In this document: positions 13,440-25,479 of the stretch, piece by piece
How the letters are laid out: each line of letters starts with the position of its first letter
Position numbering within the stretch: the stretch's first letter is position 1
NCBI RefSeq assembly: GCF_036321535.1
Contig: NC_087437.1
Coordinates: 98,582,001 to 98,646,000 of the forward strand
Source: Camelus dromedarius
Taxonomy: Eukaryota
Direction of reading: 5' to 3'
Length of the DNA: 64,000 nucleotides
The notes under the pieces: model-generated
Seen by the model: the letters and a program-made list of their open reading frames with translations, nothing else
Told to the model about the DNA's origin: nothing
Database searches by the model: none
Made by a program: the position numbers and the translations under genes

Positions 13440-14591
13440 AAAGGAAATTCAGAACATCCTTCCAGTTTTAAATACCAATAACTCCTGAGTAACCTGACGA
13501 GACTGAACAAACACAGAAATCCAGTAGTAACAACTAGCTACACTTAAGATATCCCTCCATGCTCGATGGTCTCCAGTTTCTATCCTTTCAGCTGACGGAG
13601 CACTGGGGTGCATACTGCATGGCACGTTTATGTATCAGGCTGCAGTGAACTGAGTGTAGATGAGAAGCCTTGCCACAGGAGAAATTATTGCCAACATTTC
13701 CTCTAAGATTTTGACATGAAAATCGAAGAAAGTGTTAGCAAAATGGATGATCATCACTGTTAGGTATGTAGTGTATCCAGAGAGAAATCACGCATCTTCC
13801 TATCTCCTGGGCAAGAGCAGCATCATAGAGAGAAGAGGAAATTCAACGTTGCATAAACGTTAGTATAAGAGGCCCTGTACACCCACTGGACTCTTTTACA
13901 CAACTACACCAAAGCTACCCTATCAGACCTGACCCACTGTGCTCCGTAGAGTAGAGACAGCTAGAAGACAGAAGAGGAAGGACACTCTAAGGGAGAGGAG
14001 TAGATAGGTAGATCATGTTTAGGCAAAGGAGACACAAGAGTCAAAGAATTGTGCGGTGGATGCCCTCGATTTGCAAAGAATGCCCCGCAGGCTAAACAAA
14101 GCACGGTTTACAACATTCAGACTAAGGTATGGCTACTATTCAAAGTCATTGTCAGTCTTTAAATTGGGAGGATATGCTCAGAAATCTTTTAAAGTAGCCA
14201 GTATTAGATGTTCGTACTGGATGCCTGCAACATTGCACTAAGATCCCCAAATAGTAAGGCTACTTCACAGGATGCCCAAACCAGTGGGGTTTTCAATGTG
14301 TTGCAGCCTATTTCTGCTCCTTGGTCATAGACTGGGAAATTTTCAAGTTATTCCTTAAGCTCTTGGTAAAATGTCCAATCATCCTTGATACAGATATGTT
14401 TGAAAAACCAGATTTCAAAACTGAAAGAGTATCATGGGGCAGAATATATTCATATGGATAAGAAACATCTTCATCTACCAAGAGGAGTCATTATTTAAGA
14501 GAACCTGCCTTTGGATGGAATTAATGGGGAATAATTTTCAGTGGAGAATCAATGGAGAGTAAATACGTTAAAGAAAAAGTAAAAATAAAAA
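13440..14591 (+). mobile_element. Ancient non-LTR retrotransposon fossil, probably L4/RTE-X, 3' part of the RT ORF
   Basis: Degenerate motifs in the expected order: SSFKY (13461), MYQAAV...EIIANISSKIL (13630, compare LYGAELW...QNxFLRKIL), HASSYLLG, then KARFTTFRLRYG in ORF 14056-14241; A-rich end at 14570-14591; many stops and frameshifts. Confidence 0.5.
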
Positions 14592-14684
14592 TGTGACCAC
14601 TTGAAGTGACCACACCTGCGTACTGCAAATCTGATGCTGTGCTTTTAGGACAAATGTTAGGATCATTTTGATAAAAATATTATT

Positions 14685-14925
14685 AATAATGTGTATTATG
14701 TGCTTATGATATGCCAAGGCACTTTGCTAAATTCTTTTAAGAATTATTGCATTTAATCCCTGCAATGACCTTAATATGGATTATTTCTGTTACTATTTTA
14801 TAGATGAGGAAAATGAGGCAAAATAATTAGGTAAATTGTCCATAACATATGGAAAGGGACAGAGCTAGGATTCAAAACCCGATAGGAATACTCTGATTAC
14901 CCCTACTCTTAACCACCATGCTATA
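14685..14925 (-). mobile_element. MIR SINE (near full length)
   Basis: atgccaaggcactttgcta ... catttaatcc ... attttatagatgaggaaaatgaggca ... agagctaggattcaaaaccc ... ctcttaaccaccatgct. Confidence 0.85.
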
Positions 14926-15077
14926 ATTTATACCTTGAATACGTCAATGCAATATTCTAATTTTTATCAAATTGAAATCATATACCAAGGCTTATTAGAG
15001 GAACAAATTGTGTGAGACTCCCCATTTTGAGAAACACTGACTTTAAACTCTAACATCACGTTCTATAAAAGAAGCCA

Positions 15078-15448
15078 TCATTGACTGAAGATTTGTGTCC
15101 TCCCCTAAATTCATATATTGATGCTCCAGCTTGTATTTGGCAATGAAACCTCTTAAGGAAGTAATTTAAGTTTAATGAGGTCATAAAGGTGGAGCCCTCA
15201 TCCAGTGGGGTTAGTTGTAAGGAAAGACCAGAGAGCACTCTCTCTCCCCGTGCAAATGAGAGAAGGCCATGTGAGGAAGGAGGGAGAAGGTGGCCATCTG
15301 CAAATAAGAAGAATTCCCACCAGAAATCCCATGGGCCAAAACCTTAACCTTGGACTTCTAGCTTCTAGAACTGTGAGAAAGTAAATTTCTGTTGTTTAAG
15401 CCACCCAGTCTATGGTGTTTGGTTATGGCAGCTGAGCTGACTAAAACA
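15078..15448 (+). mobile_element. MaLR solo LTR (MLT1A-like)
   Basis: tttgtgtcctcccctaaattcatatattga, aatgaggtcataaaggtggagccctcatcca, gaactgtgagaaagtaaatttctgttgtttaagccacccagtctatggt, ending ctgactaaaaca. Confidence 0.9.
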
Positions 15449-18334
15449 AAAGCTTTAAATTGTAAATTTTTCCTTCAAACAAGGAGTTACACATGTAGAA
15501 TCTGCAAAATGATTTTTAAAGGTAGCCATTTATAAATGCAAATCTAAAATTAAAAACTTTTCACAGAACTCATACCCTACTCCCTATTAAAAATAGGTCT
15601 TTGGGTTCCAGTGTTTGTGAATCTTCCACAGGACAAAACCTGGGCTAACCATTATTACAAGTCTTGTCAGTCAGTGTTTCATATTATTCTGCCTGCATTC
15701 AAAAATTAATACAGCCCAATTATTTATAAGTGATGAAGGAAAGAAGTGCAGTATTCACGTCCGTTTTGAATGTTTGAGTAGGAATCTGCTCCCTTAAAAA
15801 AGAAAAAAAGCACAAAGTTCTTGTGAAGAATGGAGTGTCACAATTTAGTTAAAGAAAAATTCAGAGAACAATTTTTAAAGTGTAAATTTCCCTCTTAGTT
15901 TGCACAGATAGATTAATGTCCAGTGACTGTCTAGGCCACTAGAATATTGGATTTCCCCTTTATATAGAGATGATGTTAGCATTCTATGTAAGTGGTCATT
16001 GTGAACATCAAAAGAGATAATCCACTTGAAGCCTTGAAAACTGTCAAGTTCCATTAAAGCGTCAAGTCAATCATTATCATTGAGTTGTTTGCTCTCAGTG
16101 ACCAATGCCACATTTTGAATTTAAATCATGTGGTACTTCATTGAAAGGAAATAATAACCATGTAAGTTTAGAAAACAAATGTTAACTCTTCCTGAATGAC
16201 CATGCCTAGTGTTTTTACATTATGGAGCACATTATTAAGTGTGGTTTAGTGACAAAACCATCCACAATAAACATGAGCTTTGTTAAAGGTCTAATAGAAT
16301 ATTATAAACCAGCCTGACAAAGAATCTGCTTTATGGGTAAAGTGGGTTGCAGAAATTATAATCATTTAATATGACAGATTTCTGCAGAAAGGTGATATTT
16401 AATTTCAGTTTAACTTGCATATAGCAAGCACCCGCCATGTGGGAGGCACTGTGCTGGCTTCTGAGCCACAGTGAAAATGCTTGTATATCTGTTGTTGGTT
16501 GTTTTATAAGATGAGATTTTGTGGTGGTGAAGAGGCAGGTATTTGTAGAGGCATTTAGATAAAAGGTCCCAGGTAATTGGCCTGAAGCGTGGGGTGAAGG
16601 AAATAAATTCAGAGAATAAGATGGAGAGTTTATTTAAAAAAATAGTGGACTATTATTCTTATATACTGACTCCAGGGAGAATATTGGATTGTCAGTCACA
16701 GGTCCATTCTTCAAATATACACTTTGTGCAGTAAGCAGTGATCCTTGCTCTCTGATTATCGATACTCAAAGTGCCCAGTATAAGTAACAATGCACTAGTG
16801 ATCTAACACAAGAGCCATTTACAAACTTTTTCCTTTTCTTCCTTAATGCTGAGTCTTAGGGGATATACTAAATCTGGTTCTTGTGCAACTATTCCAGTCT
16901 TTATGCAAAAGAGGAAGGAAGCTCCTTTCAATAGGGAAAGAAATGAAAGAAGAGCAAATTTAAAGATGATTTTTGCTTAGCTGTGTATAACTTCTATATT
17001 GTCATCTTTATTTTGCAGCCAGAACACATCCCTTGTTTTTAGGATTTAATCACCAGCAGGCTGTTTCTGAAGCCTCTGATGGCTGGTTTTTGTTCACTTT
17101 TGACTTCCAGTTTCAGGGGGAGACACTTGGATGGACTATTTCACCCACCATCACCATGGTTTTCATCATTGTGTTCGGTTTTCAATCAAAGTGCATGAAA
17201 CTGCATCAATCAGATCTAAGTGGGTAAATATATTCTCCAAATTAAAAAAAAAAATCTCTAATGGTAGGTTGATTTCAAAATTCCAAGTGCCCTAAATCCA
17301 GAGTTGTAATGAAAACTACCAGTTTTGTTAAACAAAAGAGTTAATTATGTAGAGTTCTTATGCCAGGAAAGAGAGGGAAAATAAAGAATTTTTTTTTTCT
17401 ATATCTGTCAATTGAAAATATGCAGTGTTGTAGCTGAAACATGAATATTTTAAAGTAACAGCAAATGCCTGTAATTCTTCTTGGCCAGAGGTTCCAGGCA
17501 TGTCCTTTACTGGCAATGAACCACATGCAGGGAGAGTGTATCTCCCGGTGCCAAGGAGTTAATTATACTCTCCTAGACTCTGAGGACTTGAGTGTCTTTA
17601 TTATATCCTCCCTCCTACCCCCACCTTTTTAGCATAAAGTGGAACAAATCCCTTCTCATTCCTCATCAAATTGTTTCCTTTTGACCAGGTGCGATTTCTA
17701 TTTTTCTCTTTGTATTTATGTGTAAATGTTTGTCAAGTCAAATCAAAGAATAATAACTTGCTCTAACTTGTGCTCCCCTTCCCCTTCCATATTTTTTCCC
17801 AGAGTTCATAGTGTCAACCCAGCCCCAAACCCAGGGGGCACTATTCCCAACAGTGCAATGGAGTTGGGCACCAGGCTCTCCAAACTAGCTTTAGTTTATA
17901 CAGTTTATACATTAAAGAAAATAAATGCAATTGAGAATGCCTAATGGAACTTTCTGGCACATGCTATAGGAGAGTACTTAAATATAGTCTGATAAAAAAT
18001 TAAAACCAATTTATCAAAATGGCAAAACATTTGGTAATTTGGAACACTCTTAATGTCCATTTAAAGTGCAATAGTCAGTAATTTATTCCATTTTGGAGAT
18101 TTCCAGTTATCAGCATTTAGTACAATTTATAGCTCATTCTTAATTTTGCTATTATTTACTTTAGCAAATAGGGGGAGCCTTACTCTGCACAAAAAAGTGC
18201 TGATTCGCATCTCGTGGAGGACCTCAGTGTAGCAGATTCAGTGTGGAAAACAAATTGACAGCTTGCTACCACCAAAGTACAGTTTTAAACTTATTTTTCT
18301 GTAAGATTTTAGATATGTGGCTTTCATACTTTAG

Positions 18335-18498
18335 CACCTTGAAGAACCAACCAGAGAGCTTATTAAAAATGCAAATTCCTGGCTTCTAGCCCCAGGGATT
18401 CTGATCAGAAGATTTGGAATGGGGCCAAGTAATCTGCACTGATTTTTAACAATCACCCATAAATGATGCTGTTCCTAGGAAACGTTTTGATAAATACT
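18335..18498. mobile_element. MER5-like hAT-Charlie MITE
   Basis: gagagcttattaaaaatgcaaattcctgg ... gattctgat ... ggggccaagtaatctgca ... ttttaacaa. Confidence 0.75.
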
Positions 18499-19072
18499 CA
18501 TTGAGATAGAAAAATCTGTGCTTTTTGTACCCAGTGCCATTTTATATATGAGCCACTGATTAATACATATAGTAATCCTAAAATTAATTAAGGTGTTGAT
18601 TAGATTCAATTTTGGGGATTTACATGATATATTGAAAATTCAGTTTGGAAAATTGTTCCATTTTATATTAAGTTACATCACTAAGACCAAACCAAATTCA
18701 TCAAATCAATAATTCACTTAGAAGGCCACAGTATACACTCAAATCTATAAATGTTTAAATGTGTAAGGTGTAGTTTCTCCTCTTAAATAATATAATTCAT
18801 GGGGAAATACAGATAGTGAAACATAGCATCAGAAAATTAAATACAATAAGCAGCTAATATTCATATACAATACAAAGAAGAGGTTGGTTTATTGAAAGTG
18901 ATTTTGTGTTGGGTTCCAAAGACCCCCTAAAGAATGTGGCTTTAGGGAGTACGCACAATGCTGAGGTCTCATTCTGGTCAGATACTGCAGTAATTATTAT
19001 GGAACAGAAACATAACTCACTGTGGGATATTTCAGTTTTAGAACTGAACATATTCTAAATGCCATCATTTTA

Positions 19073-19518
19073 TTTATTTTATTTTGATTTTTAATTGAAG
19101 TATAGTTGATTTACATTGCAGGTGTACAGCAAAGTGAGTCAGTTATGTGGATGTGTGTGTATATATATATATATGTATATATATATACACACACACACAC
19201 ATATTCTTTTTCAGATTCCTTTCCATTATAAATCATTGCAAGATATTGAATACAGTTCTCTGTGCTATACAGTAGATCCTTATTGTTTATCTATTTTATA
19301 TATAGTAGTGTGTGCCTGTTAATCCCAAATCCTAATTTATGCCCCGACCCCTTCCCCTTTGGTAACCATAAGTTTATTTTCTCTGTCTGTGAGTCTATAT
19401 CTGCTTTGTAAATAAGTTCGTCTGCATCACTTTTTAGATTCCACATGCAAGTGATATCATATGATATCTGTCTTCCTCTGTCTGACTTACTTCACTTAGT
19501 AGCATAGTCTTTGGGTAA
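19073..19518 (-). mobile_element. 5'-truncated cetartiodactyl-type L1 3' end with TSD
   Basis: ttaattgaagtatagttgatttaca, caagatattgaatacagttctctgtgctatacagtag, ggtaaccataagttt, tgacttacttcacttagt; exact 10-bp TSD catcatttta at 19063-19072 and 19519-19528. Confidence 0.9.
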
Positions 19519-21087
19519 CATCATTTTAAGTGACAACTCCATTTTTTTCCCATTAAGGAGCTAGAGCTGGTATCATCGTAAAAGAATGGTTTACACAGTA
19601 GAGGAGATAATGCATGTTCTTTTCACGGGTAAGAATGAATGTTCAATGAGCCTCCTAAAAATATTCATTCAATCTTGAAATATTTCCCCAAACAGAAAAG
19701 TTGATTATAAAGGAATGCTGGGTGTCAACCAGTAGATACCATCTTAGATGTGAAATGATGGTCGAAATAGAAATTACAAGAAGACTTCTCCATGGTCCTG
19801 TATATTCCAAAGAGTGTGGGGGAGAGTCAACCAATTACAAGCAAAAATGAAATATCACACATGACCTCAAATACACGACGATGTAAATAGGCCATTTACA
19901 GAATGGGCAAACAAATTCTAGGTTCTAGGAAGGGAAAGGCAGAAGAGGAGATAAATCCAGGCACCATCTGGGTTTAAAGCCTCAGAGCAAAGGTTCATCT
20001 CCAGCTGTTGGCAGAGTTTGGCAGAGGAATATGGTTCCTGGGTGATGAGTGACAAGTTGGAGAAAAGGAGAAAGTGACAAGCGGTTTCTAAGGAATTTGC
20101 AGCCCAAGGCATTCCTGGTCCCTGAAGACGACAGCAACTCTGGCAGGGATCTGGAGCGGTTTCATTTTTTCTGATGTGCTTATCTGAATTTTAAGAATCT
20201 AGAGCAGAAGAACAAGAAAATTCAGTTAGGACCTAGTTCTACATCCATTATCCAGGCAAAAGGCCACAGAATCAAACCTACTGAGGCTGTTTGTATTTGC
20301 CAAATGAACTATTTCAAATATTAAAATGACATCAATACAGGTTTCTGGAGAAGCTCACTGACATTAATGGCCCTGCCAAAAATGTAACGCACACTTCTGA
20401 ACATTTGTCATATTTAGGAAGTTCTGTGCTTCAGTTCATTTCCACAGAGCTGGAGGAAGGAAACATAAATCACTGTGGTAGTGAGAGGAGGACACCAAAA
20501 TTTAACGAAGGGCTTCACATGGCTCTCTGGACTTCATCTATTATCTCATTTGATAAGTTTATCCTAAGTGTGAACTGTGCTAACGGTGAAAGAGGGAGCC
20601 ACGTGTAGCCTACAGACATTTCAGGGTGTCATAATGAACATGCCGTCTCAAGGGACTTTAACAGTTCAACTTTATGAAGTGTTGAGATTAAGTCATTTTC
20701 AAACCAACCAATCCCAAAAGCAGTCTGCAAATCCATTCATGTACACATCCCAGACCGTACATTTTCATCTGTACCTTTTCCCAGAGCCTTACACAAATTT
20801 AGTTATAAACCTTGGAAAAACAAAAATGACTTTATTGGAATCTTTCGATAACTTTCAACGTGGCGAGGATGGGAGGAGGGGGACACCAAATCATACAACC
20901 GCACGCGGTGTGGGTTTTATTCGGGAAACTTACAAGCGAAAGGTTGACAAGCAGCGGCATGCACCTCTGTTTTCTCATCATTCACGGAGAAGCACGCGAG
21001 GGCCTGGCAGTGCAGCTGGACTCACAGTGGTTTGTATCCTGCTACTCTGCTTCTTCGGGTGGAAGCACAGGATGGCCCCACCAGTGG

Positions 21088-21550
21088 CTGTCTTGGCCTG
21101 GGAAGCCCCTGAAAACACAGCTTCCAAAATTTGTGTAAGTAGCATCTTTTGGAGTGTGATCCCATGGAGTCAGGAACAAGGGAGAGACAGAGAGATACAC
21201 AGAAGGAGGAGGGGAAATGAGCCAGGATGAGTTATCCACCTGGCCCCTGCTGTGGCTGATAAGTTGCTCAATACCATGAAACAGTCTGAATCCATATAAC
21301 ACTATCTCGAGATCACCTGCTTAAAACAAAGAAGGAGGGAAATATTTGCCCATTGGCTTTGGTCTCCCTGTGGCCAAGAACTGTCCCATTAATTTACCCC
21401 ACAATTCCTATCACTCTGCTTCTCCTTGTGTCAGAGACACTCTAGACTAAATTAAGGTGTTCATATCCCAGGCCTGAGGGGAGGTACTGTGTGTTACCTC
21501 TGCAGGAAACTGATCAAAGCTCATGGCTGGAATAACTAGTGATGTTTGGG
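21088..21550 (-). mobile_element. ERVL-class solo LTR (LTR33-like)
   Basis: ttggagtgtgatcccatggagtcagga ... ctgctgtggctgataagttgctcaatacca ... atatttgcccattggct; diverged. Confidence 0.55.
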
Positions 21551-24009
21551 CGATTTTATGATATATGTAAATATCCTTAAGATGGAAGACTAAAAGTTTT
21601 GGACTCAGGCACTAGCAAGTTAGGTGCCATTGTTACAGCCCAGCTCAGATCTAAGGAACCCATAGAAAGTTGTGATATTATCTGCTGGGTAAGGGGAGCC
21701 ACTCATCACACAGAAGTTTGGGTTTTCCTGCTGGGCTGAATGTGGCTCCCCGATACAGTGTGCCCAAGAAAGGATACCCAGGACTGCCTTTGGAATTCCT
21801 GGTTGACACTCCATGGTGAAGCCTGGATATTTAGTGTGTAAATTCATTCTAGTAATAATTTTTTTAAATTATGAGCTCTTTTAAAATATATTTTTAGGCA
21901 CAGATTAGGAGTAAAAGATTGATCTGGTGTACCTGGTAATATTCACATTGAATCTAATTCTCGCATTTGATGTTCATGAATTGTAAGGGAAAGCTTGAGT
22001 AGAAGGAAGCTCCTCCTTGTCTTGCTTTGCAGATGGGGCACCGATATGGGCCAAAGTGCTGCTGGCATCCTCCCATCCTCCTAGCTGCTCTGCATCTTTA
22101 ATATCAGGAATGAAAGGATGATGTTGATTGTGAGTATTTTCTGCTTAAAGAGTTTTGTTTTGATTTGTTCTGTTTTGTAGAAAAGGTTATCTTTTACTGA
22201 TTAATAACAGTCTTGACTATTTCTAGATTTTCCCTGAACTGTGACTGTGTAACCGACCAAAGTTTTGATGGTTTGGTTTAGTTTTGATTTTTGAAAAGAC
22301 CCATCCTTTCTCATTCTTGTACTTCCCATCACTCTGCTTAAAGCACTTTTTGCTATTTTTTTGTGATGTAAAAACCAGTCCAATTTATCTTCGTTCAACA
22401 TATCTTTGCTTAAAATACCTTGTCTCCCTCTTCACTTTGCTTCACTTTTTCCAACTCTGTGGGTAACCAGACTTGACTAGTCACTCCCAAACCCCTTTAA
22501 CTTCTTCTCTACTGTCTTCTGTTAATCATATAAGGTGATGGAGTCCAAACATTTTATTTCATAAAGAGAAGATCACATCTGTTGAATGTCATTCATGGAG
22601 ATTACAAAAAAAGAGGCATTTATCCTTCCGTTTCTTCTTTCCATAAATGATGGGGTGGATCCTAATATGCATAGAACGCTCTTCTTTCTGCTGTGGGATA
22701 TGATGAAATGGAAAAGACCCGGGCCTCCCAAGTATGCAAACTAATGTGGCTAGCCCCATTTTGTCAAGGAATTTTGGTGTGGGAAATAACCGGTGGGAAA
22801 GCCAGTGGGGAAAGAGAAATAAGTAGTAAGACTCTGAACAGATGTTCAGCACAGCGGGAGACGGCATTTCAGACCTGGGATCCAACTTGTAAAAAGAAAG
22901 TGTGTAGTGGCTTGCATTTTGAGAAAGAACCCCAGACAGGAAAAGATCATACTTTGTGGCAAAGACACAACAGGGAGACCTAAATGAGTTCATGACTACA
23001 TTCGTCGTGGAACCACAGAGAAGAATTTTGGGTTAGGAAGCCCATTAGCGGATGATATGCGCAGGGGCTGTACTTAGCCACTAGCCCAGGTGCTTGTGGT
23101 GGGCTGTTTTGTCTAGATAGCTTATAAAGCTCTGAGCTGTCTTTTTAGTTACCACCTTTTTTGTAGAAAATTATTTATGCTGCAGTCTTGCTGTTTTCCA
23201 ATGTTTCAGAAAACCGGCTATGTATTAGGTTAGAGTAATTGTGTAAGAACACGAACTCAGCAACCAGCAAAAATCATTTTTAGAATTTCTTCACTTTTAA
23301 TTAAATCTATAAATCTCACAAGAGTAAAAAAAAATTTATGTTGCAAGTAAAATGGATTTTCAAATGCTTTCAAGTCCCTTGGGGATTAACACCCAGTAAG
23401 ACTTGAAGTCATATCATCCTGAATGCTGGAAAGGTCAGAACACCATGTGAAAAGTTTGAGAGGGTTCTGAACCAGCAAGGGTAGCAGTAGATAAAACACT
23501 CATCCACTGTGCAGTAAAGGAATATTAGACTGCCATTCAGAATGCTGTTTTTTGCAACCATATAGAAATACAATTCCAGTACATTGGACAAATTGAATTC
23601 CAAAAGGGATTTTGCAGGAATCGAATCACCTGTGAGTTGGGTAAAAAGCAAGATGTTGCTGTCTAGGTAAAGAATGTGGCAAAAATAAAATCTAGATGAA
23701 AGCAAATTGAGAGTCGGCAGTTCAGACTCTGAGAGGAGAAGGTCCAGAGAACAGGACCAGAAATGTTTTCTATATTGGACCATAAGGATTAAATGATTAA
23801 TTTATCAAACTGCTTACTGGGGGGAAATAAAAGGACATTCTCAAGACAAAGTCGTGGAACCTATCAGGGCTGTTACAGGCCAAGTGACATTATGGGGAGA
23901 CCCATTGCTCTGAGTGTTTTTCTCAAACTCCTCCATTGAAATTAACACCTTCACTCCCTGTGCTGTATTTTATTTGCAGTGGTTATCTCTCTCTGAGGAT
24001 TTTGGGGGT

Positions 24010-24135
24010 ATTTACTTGTTGACTTGTTGATCATTTGTTTCCTCCTCTTTGAACATGAGTTTTATGCTGATCACCCCGTATCTGCAGCCTGTGAGCAGTG
24101 CCTGATATTTTTCAGTACTCCACAAATGAATGAAA
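24010..24135 (+). mobile_element. L2 3' end
   Basis: tttacttgttgacttgttgatcatttgtttcctcc ... agcagtgcctgatat ... aatgaatgaa. Confidence 0.6.
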
Positions 24136-25089
24136 CAAACGAATGAAAAGGAAAATGCACATTTTGCAATAACAGTCTGGCCATACCATCCTTGCTGCAC
24201 AGTGTACACAAATGAATGGTAATATAAGATGCTCTTGTCTATTAAAGCTGGATGCTTTCAGCAGACACACAGCGTGGGAGTTAAAGCCCTGTGGCAATAG
24301 CTCTTGTTTTTTGTGGGCATGCACAGCAAGACTGAGTGCATCTTGTTGATTTAGAAGGACACGGTGTTAAACATAATTTTGACATAGACATTAAAAAAGT
24401 AACAGCCTTAATATATTGACATATTAGTACTTTTGGTGGTTGCCTCCTTTCTCCCAAAAGAGAATTCAGTTAGGGTTAGGGTTAAGATTAGGGAAAGGTC
24501 CCTCTATGTTTGACAGATAAGTGTTTGAACTCCATGTCCAATTTTTCAGAAACAGTAGCCTGGGTTTTCCTTTTTTTTTTTTTTGGTGCAGTTACCACAG
24601 AATTGATATGGTATCTTCTTAAGCATACAACCTTCCTCTAAAAACTTGGTATTTCTGTATTACTCATTTTTAAAATGTGGACAACATTAAGGGATTATTT
24701 AGATCTTAAAGGTATTTTGCCCCCGAGTTCATTCGTTCCATCAATCTGTTCTCCCCTTCAAGCAACTTCCTCTCCCTCTCTCCCTTTCTCCTTTCCCTCC
24801 TTGAATTAAAACTGTTGTTTTATATCTAATCTGTTATAGACAAGATATAAATTGCATGAGGGCAAGGACATTTTCTGTCTCATTCCCTTCCTAGCCTTCA
24901 GTGACGTAGTGAATGCATGAACGACAACGACAATTTTCAGATAAATGAAGGAGAAACCAGTGGGCGGTTTCAAGTAGTACTCTGGGGTATCTGTATTTTG
25001 GGGGGGGGTTGGAGTGATTCGCCACTACATGTTTAAAAAATAATTTTTGTTAATAGTTTGCTTAGTGGCATCCTAAGATTTTTTTGTGC

Positions 25090-25455
25090 ATATATATATA
25101 TATATAGCAGTATAGTCAGTTTACAATGTTATGTCAGTTTCTGGTGTACAGCATGCTTCAGTCACACATGAACATACGTATGTTCATTTTCATATTCTTT
25201 TTCACCTTAAGTTACTACAAGACATTGAATCTAGTTCCCTGTGCTATACAGAATGAACTTGTTGTTTATTTTATATATATTAGTTGGTATCTGCAAATCT
25301 CAAACTCCCAATTTACCCCTTCCCATCCTCTTCGCCCCCTGGTAACCGTAAGTTTGTTTTCTAGGTCTGTGAGTCTGTTTCTGTGTCATGAAACAGGTCG
25401 TTTATCTTTTTCTTTTTTTTTTTTTTTAAGATTCCACATATAAGTGATATATGAT
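25090..25455 (-). mobile_element. Camelid-type L1 3' end
   Basis: agtatagtcagtttacaatgttatgtcagtttctggtgtacagcat, agttccctgtgctataca, tgcaaatctcaaactccca, agattccacatataagtgata; same family type as 7756-8406. Confidence 0.9.
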
Positions 25456-25479
25456 AAGCTTTTAAAAAATTGAACTTTA

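Noticed and set aside
20577..21230. Longest ORF in the window (217 aa)
   Set aside because: Non-ATG start, no recognisable domain, and its 3' part runs into an LTR33-like repeat; most likely a chance ORF
23566..23636. Possible small exon ending cct|gtgagt
   Set aside because: Weak acceptor and an unrecognisable peptide
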